DNA of 64,000 nucleotides from NCBI GenBank assembly GCA_047638595.1, contig JBLIMJ010000002.1:640-64639 (forward strand), written 5' to 3'. The translations under genes and the position numbers were made by a program. Source of the DNA: Acidimicrobiales bacterium. GTDB lineage: Bacteria > Patescibacteriota > Minisyncoccia > Phycocordibacterales > UBA918. The notes beneath the pieces are model-generated. The model did not search any database, was not told the origin of the DNA, and worked only from the letters and a program-made list of their open reading frames with translations. Positions 28,545 to 37,761 of the stretch are shown one piece after another. The stretch's first letter is position 1. Every line of letters starts with the position of its first letter.

Positions 28545-30023
28545 TTACTTCTTATCTAAATCAAGAGTCTCATCAACATGAATCTGATCTACAAAGTCTG
28601 GCACATGGGATACAAGCATCATCGCTCCTTCATAGTCATGAAGTGCTTTTGCGATTACGGGAATATGGCGGAAGTTAATATGGTTGGTTGGCTCATCAAG
28701 AATCAACAGTCCAGGTTTCAGTAGCACTAAACGTGCAAATGCTACCAATCCTTTTTGCCCTTCAGAAAGAAGTCCGATGCGTGTTTTGATAATATCTCGA
28801 TTGATTAAAAAACCAGCAGCAACTGAACGCATGTCTTCTTCAATCTTCTTGTCCATAACCTCCATCAAACAGTCAAACACCGTCTGGTCAAAGTCGAGGT
28901 TTGAGAAGTCTTGACGGTAGTACCCGATAGTAACTCCAGGGGTTACTTCCTCACCAGTTGCATGCCCTGACGCTAGTGACTCAAGTAGTGTTGTTTTTCC
29001 AATACCATTGGGACCGACTATTTGTAAGTGACGCCCGCGCTTAAGCACGAGGTCACAGGGTACATCTTTAGGGTTGTGATTACGGATTACTTTATATGAA
29101 GTAAGTTTGAGTATATCCGTAGGGATATCTGTTTGTACAGGAATAGTAAAAGAACGAATAGTTTTATCTTCTTTTCGGACGTCTACTTTATTCTCTTCAA
29201 AGTCATCAACCTTTTCACGCATACGCTTTGCGACCATACGCATACCTCCCCCCTTGTTTGCAAAGAAGTTTGCCTTGTCTTTGTTTGCCTGAATCTCTTT
29301 TTCAAGTTGTGCATTTTTTCGTTTTTCCTTGTCCACCCGTAGCGCAATCTCTTTGATTACGTCATTGTAGTTTCCATCATACTGTTCAACCGTTCTATTT
29401 TGTGTATTTAAGTACAACACTCCCTGTGTGAAAGCATTAAGGAAAGCGGAATCGTGAGAAATAACAATAACGGTCTTCCTATATTCTCGAAGGAATTCTG
29501 TAAGGTGCTCAATCCCCTCTGTATCAAGGTTGTTGGTCGGCTCATCAAGAAGAAGTACGTCTGGATTTTGAATAAGTGCAGATGCCAGGAGGAGTCGTGC
29601 TTGCTGACCGCCGGAAAAACTTCCGATGATACGCTCCTTAAATGGCGCAACCATTTCAGGGTTCTTTGGAGCAAGATTTACCACCTCAAGAATATCGTCA
29701 ATCTTTGGGTCGATATCGTACACCTTTTCCTCAAAACACTTTTCAAAAAAAGCTCGGAGTGTTAACTCTAACTCGTCACGGGGGATTGTCTGACGTGAGA
29801 TAGCAATACTTGTTCGCGGCATGATGTTGATGTCTCCCAAGTCAGGCTTAAGAACGCCGGTGATAAGCGCAAAGAGTGTACTCTTCCCTGCACCGTTTTG
29901 GCCCATGAGTGTAAATTTCGCTCCTCGGCGAACAGAAAAACTCGACTCGATAAGAATCGGCTTTGTAGCATCGTGTTCATACGATACGTCATTGAATGAT
30001 ATGAGTCCTGCAGCTTTTGACAT
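28545..30023 (-). CDS. ABC-F family ATP-binding protein
   Basis: two ABC domains (GQNGAGKST, FSGGQ, LLLDEPTNNLD; GPNGIGKTT, LSEGQ, DEPTNH), no TM. Confidence 0.92.
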   Translation of the reverse strand: MSKAAGLISFNDVSYEHDATKPILIESSFSVRRGAKFTLMGQNGAGKSTLFALITGVLKPDLGDINIMPRTSIAISRQTIPRDELELTLRAFFEKCFEEKVYDIDPKIDDILEVVNLAPKNPEMVAPFKERIIGSFSGGQQARLLLASALIQNPDVLLLDEPTNNLDTEGIEHLTEFLREYRKTVIVISHDSAFLNAFTQGVLYLNTQNRTVEQYDGNYNDVIKEIALRVDKEKRKNAQLEKEIQANKDKANFFANKGGGMRMVAKRMREKVDDFEENKVDVRKEDKTIRSFTIPVQTDIPTDILKLTSYKVIRNHNPKDVPCDLVLKRGRHLQIVGPNGIGKTTLLESLASGHATGEEVTPGVTIGYYRQDFSNLDFDQTVFDCLMEVMDKKIEEDMRSVAAGFLINRDIIKTRIGLLSEGQKGLVAFARLVLLKPGLLILDEPTNHINFRHIPVIAKALHDYEGAMMLVSHVPDFVDQIHVDETLDLDKK

Positions 30024-30114
30024 AGTGGGCATTATCCTACCTTATTCTGATAGAAAAGAAAGGTGGCCCGCCGGAAATGTCCGGACGGGCCACAAATGTG
30101 CATGCACGCAATAA

Positions 30115-30480
30115 TTATAGTTCGGCATACGAATCTTTTTCAAGTCGTATGTAGCTACCTGTCTGATGATCAAAATCAGAAATCTCTTTATCTGAAATCC
30201 TCTCATCGGGACTGAGATCGCGCAATGCACGTATCAACAACCCTTTTGCGACAGCGACATCATCATCACCCCAGACATAGTCGATTGCATGTTGTTGAAC
30301 CTCATTTTTATCCAAGATACGGACTTCAGAGCCAACCAATGCATCGCCAACAACGCTCGAGAGACCTTCTGGTGCGGCCACAATACGGGCGTGTCTGAAA
30401 CAGACATCTACCTGAGATTCTTCAGTAGACCTAACCGCTAAGTCATCATTGGTACTGTTCGGAACTTCGGTAAAATTCAT
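30115..30480 (-). CDS. hypothetical protein
   Basis: 121 aa ORF with GGAGG SD. Confidence 0.55.
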   Translation of the reverse strand: MNFTEVPNSTNDDLAVRSTEESQVDVCFRHARIVAAPEGLSSVVGDALVGSEVRILDKNEVQQHAIDYVWGDDDVAVAKGLLIRALRDLSPDERISDKEISDFDHQTGSYIRLEKDSYAEL

Positions 30481-30542
30481 CTTACTTCCTCCCTGTGCAA
30501 ATCAGTCTGACTATACCACATATATGTCTAAAGAAAAGAGTT

Positions 30543-31010
30543 TTAACCTTCTGAAGTAATCGCGTTGATAATATCAGTAATGGTTCCGTCGGTTGATAAA
30601 TCAACGCCAATACGTTTTGAGGTATTTAGTAAGAGTGTTTCAATGCCTGCTCGAGTCACTGCACCTGCTGCACTGTGAATCAACTTTGTCTCATCGAGTT
30701 TGTGTTCAAGCTGACCTTCGATGACTATATATTCCCCAATACTTGCTTCCACTCCATCAAAGTCAGTTTCGACTAACCCCGGCAATACTTTCAGGAACAT
30801 TGCAGGCTCATACCCTTCAATAGGCATACCGATTTTTTTACGTACCTCATCTTCAAGTGTGAAGCGAAATACATCTACAACATCAGCGTTAATTCTTTCA
30901 GGCGCTTCAGCCTGCTGTTCGGTCTTCACGAGCAAATCTAACCCACCAGAAAATACAAAAATTGCATTAAAAACAATAACAAGCGCTACGACAATGAGAA
31001 CATTCTTCAT
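30543..31010 (-). CDS. membrane-anchored hypothetical protein
   Basis: N-terminal TM; IGMPIEGYEP..F. Confidence 0.7.
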   Translation of the reverse strand: MKNVLIVVALVIVFNAIFVFSGGLDLLVKTEQQAEAPERINADVVDVFRFTLEDEVRKKIGMPIEGYEPAMFLKVLPGLVETDFDGVEASIGEYIVIEGQLEHKLDETKLIHSAAGAVTRAGIETLLLNTSKRIGVDLSTDGTITDIINAITSEG

Positions 31011-31074
31011 GCCAAAAGTATACCACTTTATAAAAAGTCACCACAGAGCGCGCCTGACAGTATATAATGTAGGT

Positions 31075-32079
31075 ATGAAATGGATGTTTTCTATTTTTTT
31101 ATTTGGTGCTTTCATATTACCTGTTTTTGCGCAGGAGTTTAATGCTGGGTTTGTCCAAGGGCTATGGTACTCAGAGGAAAACGTTTTTGCAGATAAGACA
31201 GTCCGTGTGTACGTTGCTATACGAAACAATACTGGAAGTGATCTAACAGGAACTGTTAACTTCTATGATAATGACAAAAAAATTGGGAGTTCTGAAGTAT
31301 CGGCACTTGACGGCCGTATTATTGAAAGTTGGATTGACTGGACACCAACCGCAGGAGAACATACTGTATCAGCCTCTCTTTCTCGAACAAAACTTCATGC
31401 AGTGGGCGAGAGCGCTGAAGTAGTAACGGTCACTGACTCTCTTGCTAAAGATGCGCTTATTGTAGACTTTGATACTGATGACGATGGTGTCGGGAACGAA
31501 GAAGATGTTGACGATGACGGTGACGGCATTAGTGACGCAGTAGAAAAAAGAAACGGCACTGACCCTCTTGAGTTTAATGCACCAGAGCCCGAAGCTGTTT
31601 CCACTACCGAAGAAGCTGGTTCTACTGAAGATACACAAACTAGCACAAGTACCACAGTAGCTGAGGGTATCGAACATTATCTCACCCCTTCACGAGCAGA
31701 CTCAATGCTTGGAGGAATCACCCAGTTTGTAAATACAAAGAAAAAAGACTTAGACGAATACCGTCAGTCACGCGCGGTAGCAAGAGGAACTCAAACAGAA
31801 CCAGTCCCCGAAATAACTGTAAATGAAGATGGTTTTGGTGAAATCGTCCGCTCTACTGAACAGCTTGAAAAAGAACCCCCAAAAGTCGAAAAGCCCGGAG
31901 GATTTCTCGGTGATATCATCACCTTCATCGGCACTATCTTAGGAGGTATCTACACTGGTGTCCTTGCAGCCCTCTCCTTCTACCTCGGCCACCCCGTAAT
32001 CGTCCAACTCTCTCTCCTTTTCCTTATTCTTTTCGCAATGTTCAAAGTGGCCCAAAAACTCAGCGCTCGACCACAGTAA
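31075..32079 (+). CDS. surface protein with Ig/CARDB-like domain and Ca-binding thrombospondin type 3-like repeat
   Basis: start MKWMFS at 31075; DTDDDGVGNEEDVDDDGDGISD..E...GTDP; C-terminal TMs. Confidence 0.75.
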   Translation: MKWMFSIFLFGAFILPVFAQEFNAGFVQGLWYSEENVFADKTVRVYVAIRNNTGSDLTGTVNFYDNDKKIGSSEVSALDGRIIESWIDWTPTAGEHTVSASLSRTKLHAVGESAEVVTVTDSLAKDALIVDFDTDDDGVGNEEDVDDDGDGISDAVEKRNGTDPLEFNAPEPEAVSTTEEAGSTEDTQTSTSTTVAEGIEHYLTPSRADSMLGGITQFVNTKKKDLDEYRQSRAVARGTQTEPVPEITVNEDGFGEIVRSTEQLEKEPPKVEKPGGFLGDIITFIGTILGGIYTGVLAALSFYLGHPVIVQLSLLFLILFAMFKVAQKLSARPQ

Positions 32080-32088
32080 TATCTAATT

Positions 32089-32691
32089 ATGAACAAATCA
32101 TTGATACAATTTATTGTAAATTTGCTGATTGTTTTTTCATTAATATTCTCCAGTGAAAATAATCTTGCTTGGATACTATATGCACTGTTTGCTGAATGGC
32201 TAGTCTTAGTTGCGATAAGTCTCCATAAAGTATATTACGTAAATGCAAACAGGCACTCATTCTTATCAGCAGACGACCATGCAAGAGTATTTTGGGCAGC
32301 AGTGGGACTTGTTAACCTATTTAGTCTTTATGCCTTCATGATTCTTTCTGCACAGTTTGCACCGTTTAATATAGGTTATCTAACATATTTGTTACCCATC
32401 AGTATCTATCTGAGACAATACTGGACATACAAAAAATATTTTATAAAGGAAGGAAAGTGGCAAGACATAACCACAGGTAGTCTCATAAAAACATTTTACC
32501 TAAACATGTTTCCATTCTGTCTGCTAGGTGTATATACAATGTTATCAGAAATGACCACGTTACCCATATTAAATATTGAACTACTCTACTTTTTGATATT
32601 TATATACTTACTGAAGTTACTAATTGAGTTACTGGAAATAAACACCACTAGCAAACCAGGACCAGTGATCATGAATAGTAAGTTACATTAA
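32089..32691 (+). CDS. AT-rich membrane protein
   Basis: 200 aa, multiple TM segments. Confidence 0.6.
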   Translation: MNKSLIQFIVNLLIVFSLIFSSENNLAWILYALFAEWLVLVAISLHKVYYVNANRHSFLSADDHARVFWAAVGLVNLFSLYAFMILSAQFAPFNIGYLTYLLPISIYLRQYWTYKKYFIKEGKWQDITTGSLIKTFYLNMFPFCLLGVYTMLSEMTTLPILNIELLYFLIFIYLLKLLIELLEINTTSKPGPVIMNSKLH

Positions 32692-32771
32692 AATAATAGT
32701 GTCGGATTTTAGTACCACAACCGCCCCTTGCAAAAGTTTTATTTCCTAAGAGAGGCTTATATTTCCACCAA

Positions 32772-33269
32772 TTATAGCGGCTGCAGAGCAGCAAATATAG
32801 TAACTGCAAACGTTCCCATAAAAATTGCCAGATATATCCATTTCCAGCTTTTCTTTGAGAACTGCTCAGGTGAGTCTTTCAAGCTTTCGTACTCACCTTC
32901 CACCTGGATACCTTGGGCAATAAGTTTTTTAAGAAATTGCACTGCAAGATAACGCTCGTTTGACACAGTCTTAAGTGCAGAAAACTGATATCTATTGTCG
33001 CTGTATTTAATAGCCAGCAACTTAGGATTAGGGTTCCACGTTGTCATCTTCCGATCAAAATCAATTTTTTTATCATAAAATGCAGAATTTCTTTTAAGAT
33101 TCTTATAGTCTTCATATACTTCAGAAAATTCTGAAGTATTAAGTAGCTTAGTTTGACCACCAATAAAAGCTGCCTTTATCTCATGAGTATCACTGCTATC
33201 AATAATTGATTCAATAGTAGTAAGTGCTGGCTGTACATATTTTTGTGGATCAGGCTTATTGTTCATCAT
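32772..33269 (-). CDS. hypothetical protein with C-terminal TM
   Basis: probable start MMNNKP; AT-rich. Confidence 0.55.
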   Translation of the reverse strand: MMNNKPDPQKYVQPALTTIESIIDSSDTHEIKAAFIGGQTKLLNTSEFSEVYEDYKNLKRNSAFYDKKIDFDRKMTTWNPNPKLLAIKYSDNRYQFSALKTVSNERYLAVQFLKKLIAQGIQVEGEYESLKDSPEQFSKKSWKWIYLAIFMGTFAVTIFAALQPL

Positions 33270-33438
33270 GTCTATTCTTACAGAACTTACACAAATTGTC
33301 ACTATCTACCCAGACTGTCTCACTCCACCCAAACAGCTTCCTCTTAAACCAATACCCTTCAGGTTGTCTTTAAGATACTTTATATAATTAGTGAACCATT
33401 TTTTCATATTTATAGTCTGTCGAAAATTAAAAGTTTTA

Positions 33439-33643
33439 CTGGGAACTGAGATTTTTTAAACGGGACAAGGTGAGCTGGACACAGCTCAAGACCTTTTGAG
33501 GTATTTTGAAGAATGAAAAATATCCAAAATATGTACAGTTTCTGTAAGAAAAAGGCCTAGAAATTTGTGAGTCGTACTTTGGGTACGGTGAACAAATTTT
33601 TGGACCTTTTAACGTCGTCTGGTGCAGAAAATGTCTGTTACCA
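33439..33643 (-). repeat. family A element, distal copy after rpsG, carrying a family B insertion
   Basis: colinear with 33773-33898 except for the insert. Confidence 0.85.
33470..33548 (+). repeat. family B element
   Basis: gtga-hairpin-caaga-hairpin-tgtacagtttctgtaag; absent from sister copy at 33773-33898. Confidence 0.8.
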
Positions 33644-33772
33644 ATGGTAAATTTCATTTTGAAATGCACCCCAGGAGTATTTCCATTTTTATAGTCACCT
33701 CGTTCCTTAAAAATTGGGCAAATAAGAGGTAGCGAACAAAAAAAACATACAGTCAAATAGTAAGAATGCAAC

Positions 33773-33898
33773 CTGGGAACTGAGATTTTCAAAAGCAGAC
33801 AAGGCAAAAGGCCCAAAAATTTGCGAGCCGTACATTGGTACGGTGAACAAATTTTTGGGCCTTTTAACGCCGTCTGGTGCAGAAAATGTCTGTTACCA
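33773..33898 (-). repeat. family A element overlapping the rpsG stop (126 bp)
   Basis: gacaaggc...gagccgtac-attg-gtacggtga...aacgccgtc. Confidence 0.85.
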
Positions 33899-34366
33899 GG
33901 CGAAGTGGGCAAATGCTCGGTTAGCCTCTGCCATCTTGTGCGTATCCTCCTTCTTCTTCACTGCAGCTCCTTCTTCTTTAGCTGCAAGCATGAGTTCTGA
34001 AGCGAGTGCCTTGAACATTGGTACGCCCTTCTGACTTCGAGAAGCCTTGATGAGTGCACGTAGTGCAAGTGCGAGTCGTCGTTCGAGACGAACTTCGCGA
34101 GGTACTTGGTAGTTTGCACCACCAACACGTCGTGACCGTACTTCCATCTGCGGACCAGCGTTTCGAACTGCTGTATCAAAGATTTCAATTGGATCACCAC
34201 CACCTTCTTTTGCATCCTTTATTACATCGAATGCTCCATACACGATTTTTCGTGCAGTTTCTTTTTGACCGTTAAGCATCACGTAGTTGATGAGTCGTTC
34301 AACATCTACTGAACCAAACTTCATGTCTGGCTTGACGATTGGTCGTTTCTTTATTGGTCGTCGCAT
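33893..34366 (-). CDS. rpsG: 30S ribosomal protein uS7
   Basis: [23 protein letters not shown]. Confidence 0.98.
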   Translation of the reverse strand: MRRPIKKRPIVKPDMKFGSVDVERLINYVMLNGQKETARKIVYGAFDVIKDAKEGGGDPIEIFDTAVRNAGPQMEVRSRRVGGANYQVPREVRLERRLALALRALIKASRSQKGVPMFKALASELMLAAKEEGAAVKKKEDTHKMAEANRAFAHFAW

Positions 34367-34519
34367 ATTGTTATTAATTAATGCGAATGAGAAATTGGCA
34401 TAAACCTATTTTCATTCTTCGCATAGTTTGGCTCCGAACCCTTGGGAGGTTGAACCGCGTCTACTATCTGTAGCGAATATAAACTATTTGTAATTGGCCC
34501 CGGGGACACCGTCCCCCTT

Positions 34520-34646
34520 CTAAATCTGAAAGAAATTGTTTTCTAGCGCGGCAGGCAAGAAATTTTTCATGAGTCGTACGTATAGTACGGTGAATGAAAA
34601 ATTATCGAAGCCTAACAAAGCTAGGAAGCAATTTATTCAGATTTAG
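34520..34646 (-). repeat. family A element overlapping the rpsL stop
   Basis: gagtcgtac-gtata-gtacggtga; ctaaatctgaa (34520-30) is the reverse complement of rpsL 34636-46. Confidence 0.85.
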
Positions 34647-35046
34647 GCATTTTAGCTCCGTATCGTGACCGCCCTCGTCTCCGCGCATCCACACCTGTAG
34701 CGTCGTACTTTCCTCGTACAACAGTGTAGTTCACACCAATGTCCTTCACACGTCCACCTCGTACAAGTACCACAGAGTGTTCTTGTAGAGTGTGACCAAT
34801 ACCTGGGATGTACGCTGTAATTTCCTGACCGTTTGAAAGTCGTACTCGAGCAATCTTTCGAATCGCAGAGTTCGGCTTACGCGGAGTCTTTGTAGTTACA
34901 CGTGTACACACCCCTCGCTTAAATGGCGAGTTGTATGCGGTTGGTTTGTTCTCAATTGAGTTAAAACCAGACTGAAGAGCACCAGTTTTTGACTTGGTTG
35001 CTTTATCACGTCGTCGCTTTCTTGTTAATTGATTTATTGTTGCCAT
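34633..35046 (-). CDS. rpsL: 30S ribosomal protein uS12
   Basis: [40 protein letters not shown]. Confidence 0.98.
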   Translation of the reverse strand: MATINQLTRKRRRDKATKSKTGALQSGFNSIENKPTAYNSPFKRGVCTRVTTKTPRKPNSAIRKIARVRLSNGQEITAYIPGIGHTLQEHSVVLVRGGRVKDIGVNYTVVRGKYDATGVDARRRGRSRYGAKMPKSE

Positions 35047-35189
35047 ATTAGCCCCGATACAATACTACATATACAATAATTTGCAACGAAAAAACCCGCA
35101 CGCACGCACAGGTTTTCCTTTTCTTGATCGTGATAAGCTTTCTTACTTCAACATTCGCTATAACAACATGTCTTGTTTCCTTATATGTA

Positions 35190-35828
35190 CTAAAAGGCTC
35201 GTACTCCTGTAAAGAGTTCGAGTAACATACCTACTAACGTTGAAAATGGCCCCCAAAGTACTTGAATGAAGATAAAAATGAAGATAAATGTCACAAAAAA
35301 GCCAAATTTTTCAATATAAGCAGTCATTTGACGATATTTCTGTTGAGCGTGAAATGGAAGTACTGCAAGAAGTATTTTTGATCCATCAAGTGGTGGTAAA
35401 GGAAGCATATTGAAACAGGCAAGCAGGAGGTTTATATAGACAATGGTCAGAGATAAATCAATGAACGCTGGGGAGAGTTCAAGGTATCCTGACATGCGTA
35501 TAATTATCGAGAAAATAAAAGCCAGGAGTATGTTCACCGCAGGTCCTGCCGCAGCAACTAGTGCCTCTCCCCACTTTTGATTACTCAGGTTATAAGGATT
35601 ATACGGAACTGGCTTTGCCCATCCAAATAAGATTCCGGCGTTACTAAAAAACAACAATGCGGGGATAATAATTGACCCTAAAGGATCCAAGTGTACCAAC
35701 GGATTACCTGAAAGGCGCCCCTGCAGGCGCGCAGTTGGGTCACCAAGAGCGTTCGCTGCATACGCGTGGGCCATCTCGTGTAAGACAATTGAAAGTATAA
35801 GTGCTGCAATAATTGCTATCTGTTCCAT
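35190..35828 (-). CDS. site-2 protease family (M50) metalloprotease
   Basis: HEMAH, NMLPLPPLDG. Confidence 0.93.
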   Translation of the reverse strand: MEQIAIIAALILSIVLHEMAHAYAANALGDPTARLQGRLSGNPLVHLDPLGSIIIPALLFFSNAGILFGWAKPVPYNPYNLSNQKWGEALVAAAGPAVNILLAFIFSIIIRMSGYLELSPAFIDLSLTIVYINLLLACFNMLPLPPLDGSKILLAVLPFHAQQKYRQMTAYIEKFGFFVTFIFIFIFIQVLWGPFSTLVGMLLELFTGVRAF

Positions 35829-35919
35829 ATATATGTAGTTATGTGTGCCTTATACTACGTATTTATGCTTGCAATATCAAGTTGACATGGTAGTATAGCG
35901 CCACTAAACAACGATTTAT

Positions 35920-36162
35920 ATGGCAAAAGTATGCGCAATCACAGGGAAAAAAACCCAAATAGGGGGACGATATAGTAACCGCACTCGTGCGACGCAATTT
36001 AACCCTTGCGGGAAAGTAGCTCGACAACCAAACCTCCAGAAGAAACGAATCTTCGTACCAGAACTTGATACACACGTAGTGGTCAAAGTATCTACCAAAG
36101 CTTTACGAACTATCGCAAAGAACGGAGCGTACGTTACACTCAAGAAAGCAAAGCTTATCTAA
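35920..36162 (+). CDS. rpmB: 50S ribosomal protein bL28
   Basis: MAKVCAITGK...PNLQKKR...KVSTKALRT. Confidence 0.92.
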   Translation: MAKVCAITGKKTQIGGRYSNRTRATQFNPCGKVARQPNLQKKRIFVPELDTHVVVKVSTKALRTIAKNGAYVTLKKAKLI

Positions 36163-36274
36163 ACCTCTAAAATCAAAGTATCTACTTTGGCACAGAGTAA
36201 AAAACTCTCATCTTACCTGCAGGTAAGATGAGAGTTTTTTCATTATGGAATAATTCTGATGTAACATGCTGAAT

Positions 36275-37138
36275 TTATTGCTTCCAAATCTGCGTTCCGT
36301 CACTCTCAAGTGTAACTGTTCCCTCCTCTGCCGTGCTGTATGTCTCAACTCCATGATTAAACAACATGTCAGTAACCTCTACATGTGGATGTCCATAGCG
36401 ACTATCTTTTTCGGCAGAGACTATCGCAAGCTGTGGATCAACGGTTGTGAGGAATAACTCTGATGTAGAGGTGCGAGAGCCATGATGCCCCACTTTCAGA
36501 ACATCACTTTGCAGTGAACTTCCGATACTCTCCACTAAGTATTCTTCAATATTTTTAGGTGAATCACCTGTAAGAAGTACTGCAGTATCTCCGTAGATCA
36601 ATTGTAGAACAATAGACGATGTATTACTCTCCATATTTGACGCATCATTCACCGGAAAAAGAACCTGTAGTGTGACAGAGTCTCCCAATGTGAACATTTG
36701 CCCACTTCTGGCAAAAATAATCTCAGCCCCCTCTTCATCAATTGCAGTTCTATATACCGCAGCGGTTCCGCTATTACCTTCATTTTCAGTAGTCAGAACT
36801 GTGTCTACTTCGTACCTCTCTAATACGTCTATCAAACCGCCAATATGATCGGTGTCTGGATGAGTACCAATAACCATATCTATATTTCTATCGAAAAATG
36901 ACATCCGCTGTGATAATGCGCGCAAAACACTACTATTGGAACCACCATCAATGAGCACCTCTACCCCATCAGGAGTTTGTATAAAAATTGCATCCCCTTG
37001 TCCAACATCCAGAAAGTGAACTTTGAGATTCTGCCCGGTATGAGCTTCGCTCATACCGGGCAGAATCCATACTACCGGTACACACAAACCCAGAATTAAA
37101 AGTACCATTATTCGTATGCGCACAACCGTATCATTCAT
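36275..37138 (-). CDS. ComEC-type metallo-beta-lactamase domain protein
   Basis: FLDVGQGDA, THPDTDHIGG, LKVGHHGS, YGHPH. Confidence 0.92.
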   Translation of the reverse strand: MNDTVVRIRIMVLLILGLCVPVVWILPGMSEAHTGQNLKVHFLDVGQGDAIFIQTPDGVEVLIDGGSNSSVLRALSQRMSFFDRNIDMVIGTHPDTDHIGGLIDVLERYEVDTVLTTENEGNSGTAAVYRTAIDEEGAEIIFARSGQMFTLGDSVTLQVLFPVNDASNMESNTSSIVLQLIYGDTAVLLTGDSPKNIEEYLVESIGSSLQSDVLKVGHHGSRTSTSELFLTTVDPQLAIVSAEKDSRYGHPHVEVTDMLFNHGVETYSTAEEGTVTLESDGTQIWKQ

Positions 37139-37188
37139 TATCTGCCATGATACACTACAAGGTAATTACACATTACAATTTATATATC

Positions 37189-37761
37189 ATGTACGAAGCA
37201 AAAACATTTACCATTCCCGTCATGGACGGGATTTCAGAAAGAACAATCAAAGAGCACCTTGGTCTCTACGCAGGGTACGTGAAACACGTCAATCTTATCC
37301 ATGAAAAAATTGCTGTATACAAGAACGAAGCGGAGGCAAATGGCTATGCAATAGCAGAAATGCAGCGACGCCTTGGATTTGAGTTTGGAGGAATGCGTAA
37401 CCATGAATACTACTTCACACAGTTTGAAGGAGGTGCCCAGGAAATCCCTGAAGGTGATTTTAGAACACTTGTTGAAACTCAATTTGATTCAACTGATGCA
37501 TTCGTTGAACACTTTAGAAATATCGCAATGACACGTGGTGTCGGATGGGCAATGGCATACGTTGACCGTCAAACTAACCAGTTGGTATGTACCTGGGTTG
37601 ATGAGCAGCACCTTGGACAGCTCGCAGACCTCGACATTGTCCTTGCTCTAGATATGTGGGAGCACTCATACATGCTTGACTATGCACCATCAGAAAAGAA
37701 ATCATATGTAGATGCATTCTTTGCAAACCTCAACTGGGAAGTTGTCGCTAATCGAGTTTAA
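37189..37761 (+). CDS. Fe/Mn superoxide dismutase
   Basis: EHLGLYAGYV, GGMRNHEYY, DMWEHSY. Confidence 0.9.
   Translation: MYEAKTFTIPVMDGISERTIKEHLGLYAGYVKHVNLIHEKIAVYKNEAEANGYAIAEMQRRLGFEFGGMRNHEYYFTQFEGGAQEIPEGDFRTLVETQFDSTDAFVEHFRNIAMTRGVGWAMAYVDRQTNQLVCTWVDEQHLGQLADLDIVLALDMWEHSYMLDYAPSEKKSYVDAFFANLNWEVVANRV

Noticed and set aside
30721-31074. N-terminal extension of the 452 aa ORF
   Set aside because: Antisense to 30543-31010; a signal-peptide start at 31075 is more plausible.
21339-33302. Prophage or integrative element between fusA and rpsG
   Set aside because: No integrase, terminase, capsid or transposase recognised; mixed orientations fit piecemeal accretion.
33436-33912. 158 aa ORF with an internal repeat
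   Set aside because: It is a translation of the duplicated family A element and overlaps the rpsG end out of frame.
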